DNA of 51,612 nucleotides from an uncultured Verrucomicrobiota bacterium (lineage in GTDB: Bacteria > Verrucomicrobiota > Kiritimatiellia > JAAZAB01). Both the position numbers and the translations under genes were made by a program. This document shows, piece after piece, positions 44,389 to 51,612 of this stretch. Where the stretch lies: contig CAYQNY010000001.1 in assembly GCA_964418925.1 (NCBI GenBank), positions 1 through 51,612 on the forward strand, read 5' to 3'. The notes under the pieces are model-generated. The model was given only the letters and a program-made list of their open reading frames with translations, was not told the DNA's origin and made no database searches. Numbering within the stretch: the first letter of the stretch is position 1; every line of letters begins with the position of its first letter.

Positions 44389-44967
44389 ATGGCAGAAACA
44401 CGGGTGAAGGTAGGCATCATCGGACTTGGTCACAACGGCCGTCAACATGCGGTCGCTCATGCCGCGTCGCCGAAGTCTGAACTGATTGCCCTTTGCGACA
44501 GAGACGAGCATAAGCTGCGCTGGATCAAGGGAGGCAACCCCAGCACAGTATTCGCTTACAGCAACCATTTTGCATTCCCCGAGTTGCCAAGGGATGACTG
44601 CATGGTGTCGCTCTTCAAATTCCAGGACGGGGCCGTGGCGAAGGTTGCCGCCCTGTGGGCGCCGGTATGTCCGCAGCCCGTCTTCTATAATCTCCGTGTC
44701 TACGGGACAAAAGGCACGGTTGTGGGCGATCAGCTCTGCACCGGGCGAGGCCTGTCAGGACAAGAACTGAGGTCCGAGCCCATAGCAGCGCCGAGGATAG
44801 CAGGCCATCCCTATGATCCGGAGATAGACGATTGGCTTAGTGCGATCATTGAGGACGGCGAGGTCAGAACGAGTTTGATTGATGGCGCGAACTCAACCAT
44901 GGCGGCATTAAGGGCGGCGCGGGCCGCCCGCGAGGCAAGGGAAACAAAAATCCCTCTGTTCGCATAG
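44389..44967 (+). pseudogene. Gfo/Idh/MocA-family oxidoreductase with a large internal deletion
   Basis: About 192 aa. The N-terminal Rossmann beta-alpha-beta (KVGIIGLGHNGRQHA...ELIALCDRD) joins almost directly to the C-terminal domain (VSLFKFQDGAVAKV...LRVYGTKGTVVGD). The central ~130 aa, including the EKP region, are absent. Confidence 0.5.
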
Positions 44968-44993
44968 GCCTGCTACACTGTTGACTGCAGTCT

Positions 44994-45084
44994 GGGGGAG
45001 TCGGAAAGGATTCCGCGCATCAAGCCTTCGAGGCGTCCGTATTGGTTTTTCGACAGTCTCGTTCGGTGAACGATATACGGATGC
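44994..45084. repeat. REP-like element, copy upstream of the SPFH gene
   Basis: Its tail is GCGTCCGTATTGGTTTTTCGACAGTCTCGTTCGG (45033 onward). It matches the tail at 46180 onward at 28 of the first 33 positions. Confidence 0.55.
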
Positions 45085-45142
45085 GAAGATTAAGGAAGTT
45101 ACGCGATTCATAACGGAACCAGTAATATATAGGAGGTAGGCT

Positions 45143-46009
45143 ATGCTGATTGTTATTGTCTTGATTATAGCGGCCGTGTTCTTTTTGTCAGGGATCAGAA
45201 TCGTACGGCCGACCCATCGCGGCCTGGTCGAGCGCTTGGGACGCTACAGCAGATTTGCGAATCCGGGGTTCACCTGGATTCTCCCGGTGATAGACAAGAT
45301 GTACCAGGTCAACATTACCGAACAGATGTTCGACGCGGAGCCGCAGGAGATCATCACCAATGACAACTTGAACGCCAAGGTTGACGCACAAGTCTATTTC
45401 AAAGTCAGGGTTGACGAGGAAAGCGTCAAGAGTTCACAGTACAATGTGAACAACTACTCTTACCAGATGGTGAACCTGGCGCGGACCACGCTCCGGAACA
45501 TCATTGGTACGCTTACCTTGAAATCTGCCAATAGCGAACGGAGTAAAATTAATATTGAACTGCATAAGACGCTCAGCGAGGAAAGCGGGCACTGGGGCCT
45601 GGAGATTGTCAGGACAGAACTGAAGGAGATAGATCCGCCGCGCGATGTACAGGAGACGATGAATAAGGTTGTCAAAGCGGAGAACGAAAAGGTGGCGGCC
45701 ATTGATTTTGCCACGGCCATGGAGACAACGGCAGACGGCGAAAGACGGGCGCAGATCAAGAAAGCGGAAGGCTTAAGGCAATCAAAAATCCTGGCTGCGC
45801 AAGGCGAGGCCGAGGCAATCCAACTTGTCAATGAAGCCGCTGAAAAATACTTTATCGGCAATGCCCAGTTGCTCAGGAAACTGCAGATGACGGAAAATGC
45901 CCTGGAAACCAACGCCAAGATCGTAATTCCAGCTGGCACCGAGTTGGTAAATGTGATCGGGGAAATGGCCGGAGTCTTACCACTCGTCAGGGAAAAGACC
46001 CAGCCATGA
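45143..46009 (+). CDS. SPFH/band-7 (stomatin/prohibitin-like) membrane protein
   Basis: 288 aa with an AGGAGG ribosome-binding site and an N-terminal transmembrane helix. The SPFH core reads RIVRPTHRGLVERLGRY...ITNDNLNAKVDAQVYFKV...LRNIIGTLTL, followed by an A/E-rich coiled coil. Confidence 0.9.
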   Translation: MLIVIVLIIAAVFFLSGIRIVRPTHRGLVERLGRYSRFANPGFTWILPVIDKMYQVNITEQMFDAEPQEIITNDNLNAKVDAQVYFKVRVDEESVKSSQYNVNNYSYQMVNLARTTLRNIIGTLTLKSANSERSKINIELHKTLSEESGHWGLEIVRTELKEIDPPRDVQETMNKVVKAENEKVAAIDFATAMETTADGERRAQIKKAEGLRQSKILAAQGEAEAIQLVNEAAEKYFIGNAQLLRKLQMTENALETNAKIVIPAGTELVNVIGEMAGVLPLVREKTQP

Positions 46010-46120
46010 TATATCCCCTGGCGTGGTGGCAGGTGCCGGGCCACGGTAGCAATCAAGAGCAACAGCCGCGCCGAAGCGTGGTCCTCCCGCAGACATATAA
46101 AACGGGCGTTATGGTTTATG

Positions 46121-46232
46121 GAGGGACGCGTCCCGCCCAACGCGGGACAAGCTTCGTTTACCACGCGTTTCGCGTGGTCGCGTCCGCATTAGTTTTTTGA
46201 CAGTCTTGTTTGCTTCACGCAAAGAAGGATGC
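46121..46232. repeat. REP-like element, copy downstream of the SPFH gene and upstream of msrAB
   Basis: It holds the palindrome GGGACGCGTCCC (46123-46134), GTCCCGC-ccaac-GCGGGAC, and CCACGCG-TTT-CGCGTGG (46161-46177). Its tail is GCGTCCGCATTAGTTTTTTGACAGTCTTGTTTGC (46180 onward). Confidence 0.55.
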
Positions 46233-46308
46233 TTGAGAAATTAACCATGAACTCAATGCAGTAGCATCCCATAGGATGCTACTGTTCTGTCTTTAAAAGG
46301 GAAAATTA

Positions 46309-47244
46309 ATGCGCAAGCATATAATAATTGTGTTTGCAATAGGATTAATGTTTAACCTGATCTCGTGCGCGGGGGAATTAGTCATGGATAAAAAGTCCTA
46401 CAACAAACTTTCAACGGAGGAAGCAAGAGTTATTGTCCACAAAGGTACAGAGGCCCCATTCAGCGGGGAATATAACGACTTCTTTGAAAAGGGTGTTTAC
46501 CAATGCAAACGATGTAATGCCCGGCTTTATAGTTCAGACGATAAGTTTGCCTCTGCCTGTGGATGGCCCGGCTTTGACGATGAAATCAAAGACGCCGTCA
46601 AAAGACAAAAGGATGTTGATGGCCGCAGGACCGAGATATTATGCGCCAATTGCGGGGCGCATTTAGGCCACGTTTTTGAAGGCGAAGAACTAACCGCGAA
46701 GAATATCAGACATTGTGTCAATTCCGTCTCCTTGATATTTGTACCCCATAAAAAAGCATCTCAGATAGCCAAAGCCTACTTTGCCGGCGGCTGTTTCTGG
46801 GGGGTGGAATATCTCTTTGAGCATAAAGATGGTGTTATTGCGGCCAGCTCAGGTTATATGGGCGGTTCCATGGCCAACCCTTCCTATCGGGATGTGGCTC
46901 AGGGCAATACCGGCCATTTGGAGGTTGTCGAGGTAACCTATGATCCGACTAAAGTGAATTATGAGCAACTGGTCCGATTTTTTTTTGAGATTCATGATCC
47001 GACACAAGTCGATGGGCAGGGGCCGGATATTGGGGGGCAATATCTATCCGCTATTTTCTATGCCAATGCTGATGAGAAGAAGATAGGGCATAAGTTGATA
47101 GACATCCTCAAAACCAAGGGATATCAAAGCGTAACCAAAGTACTTCCCGCCAGTACCTTTTGGAAAGCCGAAGAGTACCATCAGGACTACTACGACAAGA
47201 AAAAACAGCAACCATCTTGCCATGTGTACCAAAAGAAGTTTTAA
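46309..47244 (+). CDS. msrAB: fused methionine sulfoxide reductase MsrB-MsrA, predicted lipoprotein
   Basis: Signal and lipobox (FNLISC). The MsrB half has CKRC...CANC zinc cysteines and RHCVNS. The MsrA half has the AGGCFWGVE active site. Confidence 0.9.
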   Translation: MRKHIIIVFAIGLMFNLISCAGELVMDKKSYNKLSTEEARVIVHKGTEAPFSGEYNDFFEKGVYQCKRCNARLYSSDDKFASACGWPGFDDEIKDAVKRQKDVDGRRTEILCANCGAHLGHVFEGEELTAKNIRHCVNSVSLIFVPHKKASQIAKAYFAGGCFWGVEYLFEHKDGVIAASSGYMGGSMANPSYRDVAQGNTGHLEVVEVTYDPTKVNYEQLVRFFFEIHDPTQVDGQGPDIGGQYLSAIFYANADEKKIGHKLIDILKTKGYQSVTKVLPASTFWKAEEYHQDYYDKKKQQPSCHVYQKKF

Positions 47245-47330
47245 TTAAACCCCTTTTGCCACCAGCAGCCTTATTAAGGCAGTGTTATCCTGAACAAGAA
47301 ACAGCAGGTGTGCCCACCCAAGGAGATATC

Positions 47331-49649
47331 ATGCCAGCCAGTCAACGCATCCGCGACAGGTTTGAGCGGCAATGGCGTTTTTTCAAGGGTAACGCGCCGA
47401 ACGCGCATAAAGTTTCCTTTGATGATTCGAAATGGCGGCTACTCAACCTGCCCCATGATTGGAGCATTGAGAGTTCTTTTGACCCCCGGGATTCAGGCGG
47501 TTCCGGCGGCGGCTATCTTCCCGGCGGATACGGCTGGTATCGCAAGACTTTTACCCTTCCCCAAGCATACGGCCATCAGCGGGTCATAGTCGAATTTGAC
47601 GGCGTTTATATGAATGCCACGGTCTGGATCAATGGTCACAAGCTCGGTACCCACGCTTATGGCTACACCGGATTTTACTTTGCGCTGACTCCTTATCTGA
47701 AGTTTGGAAAAGCCAAGAACGTGTTGGCGGTGCAAGTCAACAACTCGAAGCGTCCGAACACACGCTGGTATTCAGGATCAGGTATCTACCGCCACGTCTG
47801 GCTCACCATCACCGACAAAGTCCATGTTGCCCACTGGGGAACCGCCGTCACGACTGTCAAGGCGACGCCGTCGTCGGCAACGCTCGAGATCGTCACCAGT
47901 GTTGAGAACGAAACCGATTCCGCATCCGAGGTCGGAATTGTCACTCGCATCGTGGGTCCGAACCAAAAGACAGTTGGTTCTGTTGAAAACACGAAGCAGA
48001 TTCACGCCGGCGCGACGAATAAATTTGTTCAGCGCATAGGCGTGCCGCAACCGTCTCTATGGGACGTCAATTCCCCGGTGCTTTACCGGGCGGTCACCAG
48101 TGTCAAGACAGGCGGCCAGATGACGGATGGCCATGTCACCCCCTTCGGTATCCGCACGTTCCGTTTCGATCCGGACAAGGGTTTCATACTCAACGGCAGA
48201 TGCCTGCAGCTTAAAGGCGTGAACTTGCACCACGACAACGGTTGTCTGGGCGCGGTTGTCTATGACCGGGCCGAAGAGCGGCGGGTCGAATTGATGAAGT
48301 CCATCGGCGCCAATGCCATTCGTACCAGCCATAATCCGCCTTCGCCGGAATTTCTCGATGCCTGTGATCGCCTGGGGGTTGTGGTGATAGATGAAGCCTT
48401 TGATGAATGGGAAGAGGGCAAGCTCAAGTATGGCTACAAGGACCACTTCAGGAAATGTTGGCGCGCTGACCTCACCAGCATGGTTAGGCGCGACTGCAAC
48501 CACCCGTCAATTGTCCTGTGGAGCATCGGCAACGAAGTGCCGGAACAGGGTAAGCTGAAAGGCGCCCGGACGGCCGGCAAATTAGCGCGATTTATCCGCA
48601 AGCTTGATCCTACGCGACCCGTCGGGTACGGCGCTCACCCGGGAGCGTGGACGCCGCAACTATGGGCCGCGCTGGATGTCTGCGGCTACAACTATAGAGA
48701 TGATCTATACGCCTCGGACCACCAGTCTTTCCCGCAACGCTGTATACTGGGATCGGAGACCTTTGCTCTCTACGCGTTCAGGACCTGGACACGCGCGACC
48801 GATAACCGTCATATTATCGGCGAGTTCATCTGGACCGGCATGGACTACATGGGCGAGTCGGGCATCGGTTATGCCAAAGACGTGTATACCAGGTATCCTG
48901 TCAATACCGCCTGTTGCGGTGAATTGGATATTTGCGGCTTCAAGAAAACGCGGTCCTACTATCGCGACATCCTCTGGAGTAACGGTGCGCCATTGCACAT
49001 TGCCGTGCGCCAGCGTCTTACCGCCGGCGAGGTTTTCAAACTCAGCCCCTGGGGTTGGCCGGCAGCCAAGTCAAGCTGGACCTGGCCCGTGCCTGGTAAT
49101 AAGGATGTTCATGAGGATGTGCATGTGGACGTTTATTCCGCTTGCGAGCAAGTGGAACTGCGGCTTAACGGCCGGGTGATCGGCCGGAGCACGACTTCCC
49201 GCGCTTCACAGTACATGGCCACGTGGCTCATTCCATACGCGCCGGGAACATTGGAGGCTGTGGGCTACAGGCACGGCCGGCAGGTAGCCTCCCGGACACT
49301 GCGCACTGCCGGCGATCCCGCTAAGATCCGGCTGACGGCAGACCGCCGGACGATCAGGGCTGACGGCTATGACCTTTCCTTTGTGACCGTGGAGGTGCTG
49401 GACCAAAAAGGTATACTGCATCCCAATGCTGACAATGAAATCCAGTTTGCCGTCAACGGTCCCGGCGAAATTATCGGTGTCGGCAATGGCGATCAGAAGA
49501 GCGTGGAGTCGTTCCAGGCCAGGCAACGGAAGGCGTACAACGGCCGTTGCCTGGTGGTCATAAGATCCACCCGTAGAGGTGGCCGGATCAAGTTGACGGC
49601 TGAATCGCGCGGCCTGGCACCGGCCCAAGCGATAATCGTAACCACATGA
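47331..49649 (+). CDS. glycoside hydrolase family 2 (beta-galactosidase-like)
   Basis: The ATG at 47331 follows AAGGAGA. WRFFKGN...NLPHDWSIE, HHDNG, RTSHNPPS and WSIGNEV (acid/base Glu) are typical of GH2. The ORF-track start at 47160 overlaps msrAB. Confidence 0.9.
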   Translation: MPASQRIRDRFERQWRFFKGNAPNAHKVSFDDSKWRLLNLPHDWSIESSFDPRDSGGSGGGYLPGGYGWYRKTFTLPQAYGHQRVIVEFDGVYMNATVWINGHKLGTHAYGYTGFYFALTPYLKFGKAKNVLAVQVNNSKRPNTRWYSGSGIYRHVWLTITDKVHVAHWGTAVTTVKATPSSATLEIVTSVENETDSASEVGIVTRIVGPNQKTVGSVENTKQIHAGATNKFVQRIGVPQPSLWDVNSPVLYRAVTSVKTGGQMTDGHVTPFGIRTFRFDPDKGFILNGRCLQLKGVNLHHDNGCLGAVVYDRAEERRVELMKSIGANAIRTSHNPPSPEFLDACDRLGVVVIDEAFDEWEEGKLKYGYKDHFRKCWRADLTSMVRRDCNHPSIVLWSIGNEVPEQGKLKGARTAGKLARFIRKLDPTRPVGYGAHPGAWTPQLWAALDVCGYNYRDDLYASDHQSFPQRCILGSETFALYAFRTWTRATDNRHIIGEFIWTGMDYMGESGIGYAKDVYTRYPVNTACCGELDICGFKKTRSYYRDILWSNGAPLHIAVRQRLTAGEVFKLSPWGWPAAKSSWTWPVPGNKDVHEDVHVDVYSACEQVELRLNGRVIGRSTTSRASQYMATWLIPYAPGTLEAVGYRHGRQVASRTLRTAGDPAKIRLTADRRTIRADGYDLSFVTVEVLDQKGILHPNADNEIQFAVNGPGEIIGVGNGDQKSVESFQARQRKAYNGRCLVVIRSTRRGGRIKLTAESRGLAPAQAIIVTT

Positions 49650-49828
49650 GCCGCGCTTTTTTGTCAGTATAACATGGAGTCCATTTGCTAATGGACTATG
49701 GTAAAAATTGGGTTGGTTTATCCTCATCAGCAAGTATATGAGTGGAAAGCCCGATCAATTACTACTGCTGACCGTTATTCTGTTGAGGGCAAATTCATGG
49801 GTGTGTTACTGCCACGATAGCGTCATAG

Positions 49829-50011
49829 GGACAGCCGCGGGCGCATAGCCCGCAGCTGATCTCCACGGATTATTCCGTCAAGGAAATTGCGCAACGCGTG
49901 GGTATGCCCAATGAATACTATTTCAACCGGACTTTCCGCAAGATCGTCGGCCTGCCGCCGGGGCGATTCAGGCTCAGCCCCGGCCGGCACTGGAAAGCCA
50001 TGGCGCGATGA
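49829..50011 (+). pseudogene. C-terminal relic of an AraC-family HTH regulator
   Basis: The frame opens after a TAG at 49826-49828 and has no start codon. It reads ...LISTDYSVKEIAQRVGMPNEYYFNRTFRKIVGLPPGRFR..., which matches the second HTH of AraC/XylS proteins. Everything N-terminal to it is missing. Confidence 0.6.
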
Positions 50012-50202
50012 CGGGTTAACAATACTCAGGCTGGAGTTCCGAAAAAATCAAAACCGGATTTAGTGAAGCTCCCCACGGCACTTGTCCTGCATAGCCTTGG
50101 CGACGCAGGGAGCCGCGGGGCAATCTGTTCCGCCGGAGAAGAAGGGCAAAGTGAGAGATCGAGCAAAAAAATCGCGGCATTAGTTCGCCCCTGGCCGGAG
50201 CA

Positions 50203-51549
50203 TTATCCGGGCTGGGATTTGATGTAGCCCCATGCCACCAGGCGCTGGTAGGCGTGTTGGGCGTGTTCACCCTGCCGGACCTGCTGGAGAAATTGCAGGT
50301 ATTGTTTTGCCGCGGCCTGGCGGCGGCCCATGCCTTCCAGGGCGTAACCCTTATAGAAAATCGTGTTCGGATTACCCGGCAGGAGTTGTTCGTAGCGTGA
50401 GAAGGCGTCGTAGGCGGCGTCAAAATGTTGGCCGCTGATTTGTGCCAGGCCCGAGACGAACAGCGCCAGGGGTTCCCGTGGATAAATCGCCCGGGCTTCT
50501 GCGGCCAGCCGTTCCGCTGTCTGCCACTGTTGCTGCGTAAGCCGGCAGTTGGCCAGCATGAGCAGGCCGGTGTAATCCTGGGGCGCCAGCTTCAACCCGG
50601 TCTGGAAGTATTCGGCCGCCGCCGTCAGTTTGCGCGCGCTCATGGCTTTGGCGCCCTTCTGCATCTGTTCGATCGCGCCTTGCTGGGCGCGAATCTGCGC
50701 CGTCTGGTCCAGGTATTGTTCCCTGTTGACGGGATAAGCCTGCGCCAACGAGTATTTTTCGCGAATGGTCCGGATCGCCGTCTGGTAGCGTTCCTCGCTC
50801 ATCGGGTGCGTGGCAAACATGAGCTCGATGATGTTGGGTTTGTCTTGCGATAATTTCCGCAGCATATCCATGACGGCAATACACCCGTCCGGGTTGTACT
50901 CGGAGCGGGTCATATATTCCAGCGCCAGCGCGTCGGCTTCCCGTTCGGCGGTGCGGCTGTAATGCGCCAGCAGAACGCCGGCTGAAATGGCCCCGATACC
51001 GGAGGCCAGCGCGGAGTAGTCGGCGGCGAATTCCTGCATGGCGGCGGCGCCCAGTGACAGGGCGATGTTAAGGGCCATGCCCTTGCTCATGCTGGCGGCC
51101 GAGTGACGCGAGGTAACGTGTCCGATTTCATGGCCCAGTATGGCCGCCAGTTCCGCCTCGCTCTGAAGATTCAGGAGCATCCCGCGCGTCACGGCAATCG
51201 TGCCGCCGGGAAAGGCGTAGGCGTTGACATAGACGGCGTTCACACAGCGAAAAGTGTAGGGCATGTTGGGCCGATGCGAATGCGCGGCCAGATGTTCACC
51301 GATCGTCGTCAGGTAACGGTTTAATTCGGGATCCTGAATAGTACCGTAGTCGGCGGAAATCTGGTGGGGCGATGAGGTCTGATCCATGTTGATTTCGCTG
51401 TCTTCGGAAACCAGCATGAACTGCTTTCTGCCCGTGACGGGGTTGGTGGCGCAACCCGCCAGAAAAGCGGCGGCGGACGCTCCCGACACAATCAGAAAGT
51501 CCCGGCGGGATATCTGCGTGTTCTGCCAATGATGCATATATCGGCTCAT
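50203..51549 (-). CDS. M48-family zinc metallopeptidase with C-terminal TPR repeats (BepA-like), Tat/lipoprotein-type signal
   Basis: 448 aa. The N-terminus SRRDFLIVSGASAAAFLAGC has a twin-Arg-like motif plus a lipobox. The zinc site is HEIGH, with a downstream E. TPR-like repeats fill the last ~150 aa. Confidence 0.85.
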   Translation of the reverse strand: MSRYMHHWQNTQISRRDFLIVSGASAAAFLAGCATNPVTGRKQFMLVSEDSEINMDQTSSPHQISADYGTIQDPELNRYLTTIGEHLAAHSHRPNMPYTFRCVNAVYVNAYAFPGGTIAVTRGMLLNLQSEAELAAILGHEIGHVTSRHSAASMSKGMALNIALSLGAAAMQEFAADYSALASGIGAISAGVLLAHYSRTAEREADALALEYMTRSEYNPDGCIAVMDMLRKLSQDKPNIIELMFATHPMSEERYQTAIRTIREKYSLAQAYPVNREQYLDQTAQIRAQQGAIEQMQKGAKAMSARKLTAAAEYFQTGLKLAPQDYTGLLMLANCRLTQQQWQTAERLAAEARAIYPREPLALFVSGLAQISGQHFDAAYDAFSRYEQLLPGNPNTIFYKGYALEGMGRRQAAAKQYLQFLQQVRQGEHAQHAYQRLVAWGYIKSQPG

Positions 51550-51612
51550 GGCTAAAATTAATTAGGCGGCTTCGCCGCAACTTTGCCGTTCTCCCGAACG
51601 GCCACTACACAA

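Overview
This is a 51.6-kb chromosomal window from a moderately GC-rich bacterium. I support about 45 protein-coding genes or gene relics. I found no rRNA, tRNA, CRISPR array, integrase or transposase. The gene content suggests a glycan-degrading member of the PVC superphylum (Kiritimatiellota, Lentisphaerota or Verrucomicrobiota-like). That content is a Cys-type sulfatase, an anaerobic sulfatase maturase, FGE-like proteins, large glycoside hydrolases without signal peptides, many genes without a Shine-Dalgarno site, and GC-rich multi-hairpin extragenic elements. The taxonomic call is inference only. Layout by coordinate: (1) 253-10162, sulfatase plus three large glycoside-hydrolase-like genes. 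(2) 10335-12636, a flavin-reductase-like gene and a membrane-anchored metallophosphoesterase. (3) 12637-15863, an AT-richer islet holding a tandem winged-helix regulator bracketed by two copies of a 22-bp palindrome, plus two uncharacterised genes. (4) 15864-22876, minus-strand housekeeping and accessory genes: aldolase, RraB-like protein, M28 peptidase, a DUF2157/GDYXXLXY pair, an alpha/beta hydrolase and a DnaQ-like exonuclease. (5) 23148-34330, a co-directional plus-strand block: nucleotidyltransferase, cobD-cbiB, then TolC, a Cys-rich zinc-ribbon protein, HlyD and two ABC half-transporters, then a TPR protein. (6) 34339-39409, a divergent sulfatase-maturation cluster. One arm carries two zinc-ribbon proteins flanking a double-FGE lipoprotein. 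The other carries an anSME with a SecA-type SEC-C tail, overlapping a TauE gene. (7) 39695-44010, the operon pdp, PNP, cdd, cca. (8) 44389-51549, a truncated oxidoreductase, an SPFH gene, a lipoprotein MsrB-MsrA, a GH2 enzyme, an AraC relic and an M48/TPR peptidase. My best candidates for undescribed biology are three: the five-gene TolC/Zn-protein/HlyD/asymmetric ABC module, the FGE/zinc-ribbon/anSME-SEC-C/TauE cluster, and the palindrome-bracketed regulator islet. All family assignments come from motif reading by eye, with no database search.
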